Positions 9,170-18,177 of a stretch of DNA of 64,000 nt are shown one piece after another. Location of the stretch: NCBI GenBank assembly GCA_965223345.1, contig CBDCWG010000012.1:1664001-1728000 (forward strand), written 5' to 3'. A model generated the notes under the pieces. That model saw only the letters and a program-made list of their open reading frames with translations. It ran no database searches and had not been told where the DNA came from. This stretch comes from Nitrospinales bacterium (GTDB taxonomy: Bacteria > Nitrospinota > Nitrospinia > Nitrospinales > VA-1). Made by a program: the position numbers and the translations under genes. Position 1 is the stretch's first letter. The number at the start of each line of letters is the position of its first letter.

Positions 9170-9745
9170 TCATAATTGTTCTTTGTAGCCGAACTTGGCG
9201 ATGGCCTCGTCCAGCACCTTCTGCGTCGCTTCCGCCGCCTGCGGCATGTTCTGCAGCCGGAACAGGTTCACCGCTTTCTGCAGGTTGAGGATCACCAGCC
9301 GCTTGAAGGGCGGTCCCTCGCGGTAATTGTAATACGCCCAGCCCAGGTTGCCGTGCGCCTCCGCATCGTTCTGCCGCCGGTGCACGACGATGTTGAGCTC
9401 GCCGATCGCGTCCTGCCAGCGCTCCAGCATGTTGTAGGCGTTGCCCAGGCCGAAGCGCGCGTCGAGGTGCGTCGGTTCGATCTCCAGGGTTTTCTTGAAC
9501 GCCGCCGCGGCTTTCTCGTACTGCCGCAGTTTCTTGTAGGCGACTCCCAGGTTGTAATGCGCGGTCGGCGATTTGGGGTTCTGCTCGATGGATTTTTCAT
9601 ACGCCTCCACCGCTTCCTCGAACCGCCCCTGTCCGTTCAGCTCGTTGCCCCGTTCGAACCAGCCCTGTGCGTCCAGGGCGAGAGCCGGGCCCGCAAGCAC
9701 CCAGCTCAAAAGCAGAAATAAGGTGAAAGCCAACCTGTGTTTCAT
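9170..9745 (-). CDS. Secreted TPR protein
   Basis: Signal peptide (ALA); AHYNLG, ARFGLG, AHGNLG TPR repeats. Confidence 0.9.
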   Translation of the reverse strand: MKHRLAFTLFLLLSWVLAGPALALDAQGWFERGNELNGQGRFEEAVEAYEKSIEQNPKSPTAHYNLGVAYKKLRQYEKAAAAFKKTLEIEPTHLDARFGLGNAYNMLERWQDAIGELNIVVHRRQNDAEAHGNLGWAYYNYREGPPFKRLVILNLQKAVNLFRLQNMPQAAEATQKVLDEAIAKFGYKEQL

Positions 9746-9981
9746 GGGTGCGTCCTCCCGATAGCCAAAAGTCTCCCAGCTTCAAGGACAACCAGTTCTT
9801 TGCCGGACCGGAAACGGAGAATTCTACCCTATTTGCACGGAACATGACAACCCCCACCGCCCCGGTGGGGGAACAGGTCCGGCTGGGTGCGGCTGCCGGA
9901 CGGGATCGGGTACCAATCGCTCGGTTTTTTACGGGTTGCGCTCCGGATGCAACGCCTCCGCACGCAACCTGTGCCCGGAAA

Positions 9982-10779
9982 TCAGGGCTTTTTTTCAGGC
10001 AGCCCGCGCCCGGTGACCCAGTAGCGGCCGGCGCTTTTTTTCAGGCGGATGGGGCAGTCCAGGGCCTTTGAGAGGGCTGTTTCCGTGAGCAGGGCGCTTT
10101 TTTTGCCCTGATCGAACAGTCTGCCGTCCTTGAGATACAGCAGGTGCGTGATGCAGGGCATGATCTCATCGACGTGGTGGGTCACGTACAGAATGCGGGT
10201 TCGCGTGCCGGATAATTTCTCCAGCGTCGCGAGAAACAGCTCACGAGTGGGGATGTCCAGCCCGTTGCAGGGCTCATCGAGGATCAGCAGCTCTGGCTCG
10301 TTGACCAGCGCCCGCGCCAGCAGCACCCGGCGGGCCTCGCCGTAGGAAAGGCGGCGGAATCCGCTGCGCGCCAGATGGCCGATGCCGAGAAAATCCATCC
10401 ATTCCAGCGCGCGGGCTTTCTGGCTGCGGGTGACGCGTTCGTACAGGCCGATCGTGGAAAAGATGCCCGAGGCCACCACCTCCCAGCCCACCAGGTGGTT
10501 GGCGTGGTTTTCCTGATACTCGGCGGAGATGTAGCCCATTTTCTGCCGGATTTCCTCCAGCGGCGTGAGCCAGGGCAGGCCGAACCACAGGACTTCCCCG
10601 CCATGCACCGGCAGCAGTTCGCCGAACACGAGCCGCGTGAAGGTGGTTTTTCCCGAGCCGTTGTTGCCCACCACCGCCCAGTTTTCGTTTGCGAGCTGGG
10701 TCCAGTCGATATCGCTCAGGGCGCGGTGCCCCTGCACGTGGACGGTGGCTGCGCGGATTTCCACCAGAGGTTTGTGCAT
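9982..10779 (-). CDS. ABC ATP-binding protein (ModF-like, single domain)
   Basis: GNNGSGKT Walker A, LSYGE signature, LILDEP Walker B, VTHH. Confidence 0.92.
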   Translation of the reverse strand: MHKPLVEIRAATVHVQGHRALSDIDWTQLANENWAVVGNNGSGKTTFTRLVFGELLPVHGGEVLWFGLPWLTPLEEIRQKMGYISAEYQENHANHLVGWEVVASGIFSTIGLYERVTRSQKARALEWMDFLGIGHLARSGFRRLSYGEARRVLLARALVNEPELLILDEPCNGLDIPTRELFLATLEKLSGTRTRILYVTHHVDEIMPCITHLLYLKDGRLFDQGKKSALLTETALSKALDCPIRLKKSAGRYWVTGRGLPEKKP

Positions 10780-10787
10780 GGCCGGTT

Positions 10788-11447
10788 TTACTGGATGGCG
10801 ATTTTCTTGGCGGCGGCTGCGGGGAAGGTGAGGGCGTCGGCATTGCCCGCAATCAGCTGCGCCACCGGCTCGCCGTCGTAGTACTGGATGATGTTGAGCG
10901 TGCCGTATTCCTGCTGGATGCGGAACAGGTTGCGGATGGGGATTCCCAGGATGTGCGCCAGGATGACCCGGTTGACGCCGCCGTGCGCCACGATGACGAT
11001 CTGGCCTTCTTGGTGCTGCGCCACGATTTCCTCATATTTGGGGATCACGCGGTCGCGCAGATCGGTGAAGGTTTCACCGCCCTTAACGGAAAAGGCGGCG
11101 ATGTTTTTCAACCGTTCCGCCAGCTGGCCGGGGTATTTCTGGTTCACCTCCTCGATGCTCATGCCTTCCCAGTCGCCGAAGCACAACTCGCGGATTTCGG
11201 CGCAGGCGATCGGTTTCAGCCCGTGCGGTTCGCCGATGCGTTCGGCGCCGATGCGGGTGCGGCGCAGGTCGCTGCTGTAGACGGCTTTGAGGGACTGGCT
11301 GCGGAAGGTTTCCGCGATGCGCTCGAACTGGGCGAGGCCCTGTGGGGAAAGGTCGATGTCGTGGTGGCCGTTGAAACACACCTGTCCGGCGTTGGCGGTT
11401 TCTCCGTGGCGGAACAGGTAGATCCTCAATCCGGGCTTGCCTTGCAT
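10788..11447 (-). CDS. Histidine phosphatase (CobC/alpha-ribazole phosphatase-like)
   Basis: RHGET, YSSDL.R, E..FGDWEG, GGE, AHGGVNR; start moved to ATG 11447. Confidence 0.9.
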   Translation of the reverse strand: MQGKPGLRIYLFRHGETANAGQVCFNGHHDIDLSPQGLAQFERIAETFRSQSLKAVYSSDLRRTRIGAERIGEPHGLKPIACAEIRELCFGDWEGMSIEEVNQKYPGQLAERLKNIAAFSVKGGETFTDLRDRVIPKYEEIVAQHQEGQIVIVAHGGVNRVILAHILGIPIRNLFRIQQEYGTLNIIQYYDGEPVAQLIAGNADALTFPAAAAKKIAIQ

Positions 11448-11500
11448 GCGGTTTCCGTTGTTTAAAGGAAGAGGGGTGGATGATGACGGTCGGGGGAAGC

Positions 11501-11536
11501 AAAAAAAAATGACAGGCCCAAAGAAGGGCCTGTCAT
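11501..11536 (-). terminator. Intrinsic terminator
   Basis: ATGACAGGCCC-n6-GGGCCTGTCAT perfect stem followed by a T run on the minus strand, 3' of the 60-aa ORF. Confidence 0.85.
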
Positions 11537-11560
11537 CTTGAAATCGCGTTTTGAAACCGC

Positions 11561-11743
11561 TCAGTGGCCGCCGCCTCCGCCGCCACCGCTGGACCAGAGA
11601 TAGAAGAAGTCGAGTCCCTGTACTTTCATCAGACCGATGTTGATCAGCAGATAGTAGAAAGAGCAGGCGATCATGGCGATGATGAACCAAATGATCGATT
11701 TGGCTGTTATAAACGGTTTTTGCTCGTCTCTAATTTCGTTCAT
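11561..11743 (-). CDS. Small membrane protein (60 aa) with poly-Gly-His tail
   Basis: AGGAG RBS; hydrophobic IIWFIIAMIACSFYYLLINIGL; ends SSGGGGGGGH; followed by a terminator. Confidence 0.75.
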   Translation of the reverse strand: MNEIRDEQKPFITAKSIIWFIIAMIACSFYYLLINIGLMKVQGLDFFYLWSSGGGGGGGH

Positions 11744-11795
11744 GGTTCTTGCTTTCTCCTGTTGGGTTTATCTTGAATGGGTCAGGCACCGCCGA

Positions 11796-11900
11796 TCAAC
11801 GCCACACAGACGCGAACCAGTAGAAAAACCACAATGAGAATATGACGGTTGCGATGTAAATCCAGGGGCCTGCTTTTTCTTTAAGCTTTTGAATATCCAT
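11796..11900 (-). CDS. Small single-TM protein (34 aa), not in ORF track
   Basis: MDIQKLKEKAGPWIYIATVIFSLWFFYWFASVWR; GGAGG RBS upstream. Confidence 0.65.
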   Translation of the reverse strand: MDIQKLKEKAGPWIYIATVIFSLWFFYWFASVWR

Positions 11901-12010
11901 TAAGGTAACGCCTCCGAAATTGAATGGAAGTCCAGTTTATTCTTGACAGTTTTAAATTCCGAATGATATTTTCAACCGGTTAAAAACTGTTAACCACTCA
12001 AGAGGTTCGC

Positions 12011-12118
12011 ATGGCCAGCAAGGACGGAAAAATCTTCGATACCATCGTTTACATTGGCCTCGGGGTCAATGGTTTGACCGCTCTTTATTTGCTACTCATG
12101 TATTTTGATATTATCTAA
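12011..12118 (+). CDS. Small single-TM protein (35 aa), not in ORF track
   Basis: MASKDGKIFDTIVYIGLGVNGLTALYLLLMYFDII; AGAGG RBS; TTGACA-n18-TATTTT promoter upstream. Confidence 0.6.
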   Translation: MASKDGKIFDTIVYIGLGVNGLTALYLLLMYFDII

Positions 12119-12240
12119 ACCCCCGAAACTTAACACAGGGGTTTTAAAAGAGTCAAGAGGAAAACCCCCCTTGTTTCAAGAAATTTAACCCCTCCCAAAA
12201 ATCAACGGCTGCAAGCGTTTCCCCCCTCGGCGGGGCGGGA

Positions 12241-12948
12241 TCATTTCGGATAGATGACGTAGAGCATCAGGTAGGTCGCGGTGCTGGTCGCCAGGATCAG
12301 CGCGTAGATCACCATGGTGCCGCGCCCCAGGATGCGGTGGCGGCGCGCCCCGTCCGGCAGCCATTTCTCGATGGCCTTCTCCAGCGACACCACCCCGGCT
12401 ATGGTGAGAAAAATCAGTGTCCAGGCGATGTTGGAGGTCATGGAGATCCCGCGCAGCAGGTTCTGCAGCAGCAGGTTCAACAGCCAGAGCCCCGCGATGA
12501 TCAGCATCACCTTTTTGAAGGTCTCGGGCCGCATTTTCAGCTCGCCGGCCTTGAGGAGATAGTCTCCGTCCACTTTGGCGCTGGCTCGAAACCCCTGCAC
12601 CATCATGTAAAAGGCCAAGATGAGGCCGAGCGTCACCAGGATGAGATGCGTGGTGAGCACGGGCACGAAGACGCTGTTGTAGACCTCTTCCGGCCCGCCG
12701 AAGCCTTCCTTTCCCTCCAGCGATAACACGCCCAGCTGGCGGGCGTAGTAGTAACCGCAGAAGTAGATCACCATCGAGACCATGGACACGCCGATCAGTT
12801 TGTGGTGCTTCGTGCCCTGGGCTTTTTTGGCCAGGCCCCAGGCGACGAGAAACAGCACCGTGAACACCACCGCGAGCAGGTAACTGAGGTCCGCCCCCAG
12901 GGTTCCGGCGTTGGCGAGAAAGCCCGGCTTTTCGAGAATTTCTTTCAT
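12241..12948 (-). CDS. DUF420-family membrane protein
   Basis: Multi-TM; H.KLI, EGFGGP..VY....L..H..L, HR.LGR.T..IY....T....YLMLY. Confidence 0.8.
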   Translation of the reverse strand: MKEILEKPGFLANAGTLGADLSYLLAVVFTVLFLVAWGLAKKAQGTKHHKLIGVSMVSMVIYFCGYYYARQLGVLSLEGKEGFGGPEEVYNSVFVPVLTTHLILVTLGLILAFYMMVQGFRASAKVDGDYLLKAGELKMRPETFKKVMLIIAGLWLLNLLLQNLLRGISMTSNIAWTLIFLTIAGVVSLEKAIEKWLPDGARRHRILGRGTMVIYALILATSTATYLMLYVIYPK

Positions 12949-13025
12949 GGTCTGGTCTCAGCGTTGAGTGACGGCAATGTGTCCTGTTTCAGGTTTCGCT
13001 GCGGGACGCGGATCGGGTTGTATTT

Positions 13026-13205
13026 TCAATTGCCGACTTTCCCCAGGATGTAAGTGCCCGCATAAAATTCGACGATCCCCAGAATCGACATGTAAAGCAG
13101 CGGCTCCATCCCCATCTGGGTGAAAAACCGGTAGACGACATACGTGATCGTGGCCAGGCCCAGGATCTGCAAAGCGCGTCCCAAAAAATACAGAATCTGC
13201 TGCAT
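13026..13205 (-). CDS. Small two-TM protein (59 aa), not in ORF track
   Basis: MQQILYFLGRALQILGLATITYVVYRFFTQMGMEPLLYMSILGIVEFYAGTYILGKVGN; starts 7 nt after the upstream stop. Confidence 0.7.
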   Translation of the reverse strand: MQQILYFLGRALQILGLATITYVVYRFFTQMGMEPLLYMSILGIVEFYAGTYILGKVGN

Positions 13206-13212
13206 GGGGGAG

Positions 13213-13797
13213 TCAGTTTCCCAGAATGGTCCGGACCTGCTTGTTGGCTTCGATCAGCTGGTTGACGTTTTCGCGGCCGAACTCGTGGATCTTTTCGCGC
13301 ACCATCGACAACACCAGCTTCCCCTGCGGCGTGAAGGCGCTGGGCGCTTTCGGAATCGTGTCCAGCTTGCCGCTCTGTGCCAGTTCCTCGTATTTTTTGG
13401 TGACGTCGTCGTTGTTGTACAGCGTGTCCAGCTGGTAGCAGTAGCCGAGTTTGACGTAATCCCGCTCCTTTTCGGTTTCCTTTTTCGAGTCCCACACGAT
13501 GTTTTCGATTTCGATTGTGTTCGGCTTGAACTCCCCTTCGGCGAGCAGCTTTTTGATCTCTTCGAAGTAGGCGTTCATCTCTTTTTCGCTTTGGAGCTCG
13601 TCTTCCGGAACCTTCGAGCTGATCTCGAATTCGATCTGGTTGTCCTTCAGGGAGGGACGGCTGATCTCGTAGGTGATGTTGCCGTGGTTGAAGCGCCGGC
13701 CTTTTTTGGGTTTGAACTTGTTCTGCATTTCCTTCACCAGGTCGTTCAGCCCCTCACCGGCAAATTGACTGAAAAGAAGTCCCTTTAAACTCGACAT
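13213..13797 (-). CDS. Hypothetical soluble protein
   Basis: Strong coding bias; GGAGG RBS before ATG 13797; no recognised domain. Confidence 0.8.
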   Translation of the reverse strand: MSSLKGLLFSQFAGEGLNDLVKEMQNKFKPKKGRRFNHGNITYEISRPSLKDNQIEFEISSKVPEDELQSEKEMNAYFEEIKKLLAEGEFKPNTIEIENIVWDSKKETEKERDYVKLGYCYQLDTLYNNDDVTKKYEELAQSGKLDTIPKAPSAFTPQGKLVLSMVREKIHEFGRENVNQLIEANKQVRTILGN

Positions 13798-14008
13798 GAA
13801 ATTTCCTCCAAAGTTGCGAATGGCCGCGTTTCCCGGCAGGGCCAGGAAGCGGAACACGGAAAATCTGTGAAATAAAATAACATTCTCTGCCCGGATAAAA
13901 AACTTCTATATGAAGGCCGGCCGCAAAAAAGGGGGGCGTTTTTTCGGTCTGCGGCCGTTTCCGGCCCGGGGTTCGGCACAGAAAACGGCCCGGAACGGGC
14001 GGGAAGGG

Positions 14009-14800
14009 TCAAAACTTCGTCGTTTCGGGCGGATTCGACGCGAAGGAGGGGGAGCTGAACGCGCCGCCGGTTTTCACGAACCGGGGGGAACCGTCTTTCT
14101 GATAGCTGTAACGCATTTTGATGCACCCGGTTTCCTTGTTGTCGCAGTAAAAGCTGATGAACTGCACCTTGGCGTATTTGTTGTCGGCGGTGCGCACGGC
14201 GTAGATGTTCTTTTTCGCCGTGAGTTTGTGGGTGAGGTAATTGTACTTGTACCATTTCAGCAAAACCGGGTTTTCGGTTTCGGTGCGGGTCGCGATGTCC
14301 GGGATGTAGGAATCGGTGGGCACCTCGGTGACCTCGTCGAATTTGTAGGATTTCAGATCCAGGAGTCCGGCTTTGCCGAATTTGTTGGTGGCGCCGCCGT
14401 TGGAGATCACCTTGCCCCGGCGGAACGCCAGATCCCATTCCAGCGAAGAGGGGTCGTGGATCTTGACGACACCGCCCCGGGAGAAATCAAAATAGGTCCA
14501 GTCTTCATCCGAGGACGCGTTGACGGTCACGTACTGCGTGTCGAGCAGATTGGCGGGTTTTTGCGCGATCGGCGGATTCTTGGGTTTCACGACTTCGCCC
14601 TTCTGCGGCAGGTTCACGCTCGGCGAATTCCAGAAATCCTTCATCTTCACCAGTTTCGCCGGCAGCCAGAAAATGCCGACCAGAAGCAGGGAAAGGCACA
14701 GGTTGAGCAGGAAGAGGTTGCGCCACATTTTGCGTTTCTTTTCGACTTGGTGTGGCGCCGGAACGGGGGATTGAAATGAAGTTTCGATTTTTTCGTTCAT
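14009..14800 (-). CDS. HmuY-family heme-binding protein with N-terminal membrane anchor
   Basis: WTYFDF, WDLAFRR, NGG, WYKYN..THKL, Y.VRTAD.KYAKVQFISFY. Confidence 0.82.
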   Translation of the reverse strand: MNEKIETSFQSPVPAPHQVEKKRKMWRNLFLLNLCLSLLLVGIFWLPAKLVKMKDFWNSPSVNLPQKGEVVKPKNPPIAQKPANLLDTQYVTVNASSDEDWTYFDFSRGGVVKIHDPSSLEWDLAFRRGKVISNGGATNKFGKAGLLDLKSYKFDEVTEVPTDSYIPDIATRTETENPVLLKWYKYNYLTHKLTAKKNIYAVRTADNKYAKVQFISFYCDNKETGCIKMRYSYQKDGSPRFVKTGGAFSSPSFASNPPETTKF

Positions 14801-14885
14801 GGCGAAGCTCTGTGTTTGATCGTCGGAGTACGGCCGAATCGGGTTGCCTATGAGATCCTATTGTACCGCGACAGGGGGCCGCGGC

Positions 14886-15809
14886 TCACGGATTTTTGGA
14901 AATTTTTTGCGCGGCTCCCGGGATTTTGCGGAACTCCCGCAGGACGTCTTTCATGGCGGAGCGGGACAGCTCCTCTTTCTGCAGCCAGTGGGTCTGGCGG
15001 CCGATGACGAAATTGCGGATGTTGGGGGTCTGGGAACCGACGAAACGGGCCCCCCAGATCACCTCTCCGGTGGTCTTGCTGACCAGAAAAGCCCCGAACT
15101 CGACGCCGCTGGACAGGCTCTCCTTGAGTTTCCCGCGGTTGTCGATGTAATGGTCCATGTACTTGGTGACCGCCCCGATCAGCACCGCATCCACAAACTC
15201 GTCGGCGTAGGGCAGCTCCGAAAGCAGCACCTCTTTGTTCGGCGTTCCGGTGATTTCGCTGCGGGGACGCGCCTTGGTGATCTTCATGCGGGCGTCCTCG
15301 CGGCCCTTGGCGGGCGGGATGACGCGGAACTGGCCGTAGCGCTGCAGTTCCTGAAACACCTGGCTGGCGACTACGTAGCCGGCGTTTTCGTCCTTGAACA
15401 GCCCGGAGGTTTTGTTCTCGAACCCGGCGACGCCGATATTTCGGGTCTTGACGAACAGCTTCTTGTTGAATATTTTGCTCTGGACTTTGTCCACCGGCGG
15501 CAGAGACAACAATTCCCTGTAATATTTAGGGAAATTCTCGCCCTGCGCGAAGTTTCCTATATAATCGGGGAACGGGTGCGGCTCGTTGATATCCGGGGTC
15601 AGGTTGGGATGCAGCGACTTGTGCGGCGCGCGGTTGACGTCGTTCAAGGGATTGTAACCGAGCGTCTCATCGGTGTCCGATTCGTTGAACTGCTTGAACG
15701 CATCCCCGATCGGGGTGGCCGCGGCGGTTTGGGGCCAGGCAAAATGGGCCAGGGCGATGCCGGCTGCCAGACCCAGACATAGAGCGAAGTGGTGCGGTTT
15801 TTTGAACAC
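14886..15809 (-). CDS. Secreted protein with CsgG/TolB-N-like alpha/beta domain
   Basis: Signal peptide; IGVAGFEN.T, VDAVLIGAVTKY, LV...TGEVIW. Confidence 0.6.
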   Translation of the reverse strand: MFKKPHHFALCLGLAAGIALAHFAWPQTAAATPIGDAFKQFNESDTDETLGYNPLNDVNRAPHKSLHPNLTPDINEPHPFPDYIGNFAQGENFPKYYRELLSLPPVDKVQSKIFNKKLFVKTRNIGVAGFENKTSGLFKDENAGYVVASQVFQELQRYGQFRVIPPAKGREDARMKITKARPRSEITGTPNKEVLLSELPYADEFVDAVLIGAVTKYMDHYIDNRGKLKESLSSGVEFGAFLVSKTTGEVIWGARFVGSQTPNIRNFVIGRQTHWLQKEELSRSAMKDVLREFRKIPGAAQKISKNP

Positions 15810-16113
15810 GAGTCTGTCTCCCCCTTGATTTCAGTGAAACCGTGACTTGGAAACCCCGATATCTCCAATATAGCACAGGCCCTATTGAATTCAACCGGGT
15901 TTGCAGCGAGGCCGCACCCGGCTGCGCCCGAACGGGGTTTGCCGGAAACCGGGCCGGGACGGGCCTGAAAATGCTTTAAAAACGGGGATCTTCCCATTTC
16001 CCCGATCGCCGCTGTTCTCATAATCCTCGGGCCGATGCTGGGGTGTCGGCGCCGCCGCGTGGAACTTTCAACATGCCCCTCACTCGGTCGTTCGTGAACA
16101 CTTCAAGGTTGCC

Positions 16114-18108
16114 ATGACGCCTGCTGCCGGAAACCGGGCTCTCGACTGGGTGCCCGCCCATCTCATCCCCTGGGTGCTGTCGGCGCTGACCCTCGCGGCG
16201 CTGGCGGTGTTCGCGTGGGCGCTTGCGCCCAAACTTAAGGTTTTACTTGAAGCCGAGCGGGAAGACCGCTTTGACAGGCCGCTCGAACGGCTGTGGCACA
16301 CGTTCAGGATCGCGTTTTTGCAGACCAAGCTGTTCAAGCGCCAGCCGGGAGGGTGGATGCACGCCCTTATTTTCTGGGGGTTTCTGGTGCTTCTGCTGCG
16401 GGCCGCGCATTTTTTCGTGATCGGGTTTGCGCCCGGACTGCCCATCCCGCTGCCGGGGTTCGAGGCGGTGCACGCCGCCTACATGCTGATCAAGGACGGC
16501 TTCGTCCTGCTGGTGTTTCTGGCCGCCGGTTACGCGCTTTACAGGCGGCTGGTTGTGCGCCCGCCCCGGCTCAGCCTTTCGGGAGAGGGCAACCTCATCC
16601 TGGTGCTGATCCTGCTGATCATGATCACCGATGTGGTGTTCGAAGCGGCCTATTTCGCACGGCATCCCGGGACGGGGACGTGGTGGGAACCGCTGGGGCT
16701 GGTCCTGTCCCCGGTGCTGGCGGCGCTGCCGCAAAGCCTGCAGGTGATTCTGCACAACGCCGCCTATTGGGGCCATGTGGGCTGCATCCTGTTTTTCCTC
16801 ACGCTGCTGCCCAGAAGCAAGCATTTCCACATCCTCACCTCGATTCCCAACGTTTTTTTCTCGCACGTGACGGGGAAGGGGAATCAGATCACGCGCATCG
16901 ATTTCGAAGACGAGAACCGTGAGTCCTTCGGAGTGACGACGATCCGGGATTTTTCCTGGAAGCAGCTGCTGGATCTGCACACCTGCACCGAATGCGGGCG
17001 CTGCGATCTGGTGTGCCCTGCGCTCAATAGCGGCAAACCGCTTTCGCCGAAGGAGCTGACGGTGGACCTGAGAAACCACATGAACGCGGGCGAAAGCGCT
17101 GCGTCCGAGTCGCCGCTTCTCGGCGGGGTCATTGAGGATGAAACGCTGTGGTCCTGCACCACCTGCGGAGCCTGCGAGGAGGAATGCCCGGTGATGATCG
17201 AATACGTGAACAAGGTGATCGATCTGAGGCGCGGGCTGGTGCTGACCGAAGACCGCTATCCCGCCGAGTTCACGCGCGCGTTCAAATCGCTGGAGACCAA
17301 CAGCAACCCTTGGGGCTTCGGCAAGAACACCCGCGCCGACTGGGCCAAGGATCTCGACATCAGGATCTGGGATGCAGATCGTCCGACCGAGTATCTCTAT
17401 TTCGTCGGCTGCAACGGCTCCTTCGACACCCGCGGCAAGCAGATCGCCGTTTCGGTGGTGGCGGCGCTCAAGCAAGCCGGTGTGGATTTTTCCATCCTGG
17501 GCATGGAAGAGGGCTGCACCGGCGATCCGGCCCGGCGCGCCGGCAACGAATACCTGTTCGAGACGCTCGCCGGCCAGAACGCCGAAACCTTCAAGGCCAA
17601 GGGCGTGCGCAAGGTGATCACCCACTGCCCGCACTGCTTCAATTCCCTGCTCAACGAGTACCCGGAGTTCGGCGTCGATCTGGAAGTGATCCACCACAGC
17701 GAACTGCTGGCAACGCTGATCCGCGAGGGCAAGGCGGTCCCGGAGAGCCAGGAAACGGGGAGGGTGGTCTACCACGATTCCTGCTACCTGGGTCGGCACA
17801 ACCAGATGTACGATCCGCCGCGTGCGGTTCTCTCGCAAGGGGTGAACGCCGATTCCCTTCAGGAAGTCGAGGCGAGCCGCGAGCGCGGCAGCTGCTGCGG
17901 CGCGGGCGGCGCGCGGTTTCTCTTGGAGGAGAAAACCGGCACTCGCATGAGCCACAACCGCATCGACGAGCTGATGGCCGCCAAGCCGGACACCATCGCC
18001 GTTTCCTGCCCCTACTGCGTGCTGATGCTGGAGGACGGTCTCAAAGGCAAGGGCCTGCAGGACACGGTGAAGGTGAAGGACATCGGCGAGATCGTCGGCG
18101 GAACGTGA
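16114..18108 (+). CDS. Membrane-anchored Fe-S oxidoreductase (HdrD/GlpC/FadF-like)
   Basis: His-containing TM domain (HALIFWGF, SKHFH), CTECGRC...CP, CTTCGAC...CP, CPHC, YHDSCYLGR, CCGAGG, CPYC. Confidence 0.93.
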   Translation: MTPAAGNRALDWVPAHLIPWVLSALTLAALAVFAWALAPKLKVLLEAEREDRFDRPLERLWHTFRIAFLQTKLFKRQPGGWMHALIFWGFLVLLLRAAHFFVIGFAPGLPIPLPGFEAVHAAYMLIKDGFVLLVFLAAGYALYRRLVVRPPRLSLSGEGNLILVLILLIMITDVVFEAAYFARHPGTGTWWEPLGLVLSPVLAALPQSLQVILHNAAYWGHVGCILFFLTLLPRSKHFHILTSIPNVFFSHVTGKGNQITRIDFEDENRESFGVTTIRDFSWKQLLDLHTCTECGRCDLVCPALNSGKPLSPKELTVDLRNHMNAGESAASESPLLGGVIEDETLWSCTTCGACEEECPVMIEYVNKVIDLRRGLVLTEDRYPAEFTRAFKSLETNSNPWGFGKNTRADWAKDLDIRIWDADRPTEYLYFVGCNGSFDTRGKQIAVSVVAALKQAGVDFSILGMEEGCTGDPARRAGNEYLFETLAGQNAETFKAKGVRKVITHCPHCFNSLLNEYPEFGVDLEVIHHSELLATLIREGKAVPESQETGRVVYHDSCYLGRHNQMYDPPRAVLSQGVNADSLQEVEASRERGSCCGAGGARFLLEEKTGTRMSHNRIDELMAAKPDTIAVSCPYCVLMLEDGLKGKGLQDTVKVKDIGEIVGGT

Positions 18109-18177
18109 TGCGGGAAAATAAGTATACTGATCAATAAAGATTAAGACTCATATTCATAATAGTTTTAGTTTGTCAAA

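Noticed and set aside
10788..11690. 300-aa version of the histidine phosphatase
   Set aside because: The extension crosses a terminator and the 60-aa ORF; RHG lies near ATG 11447.
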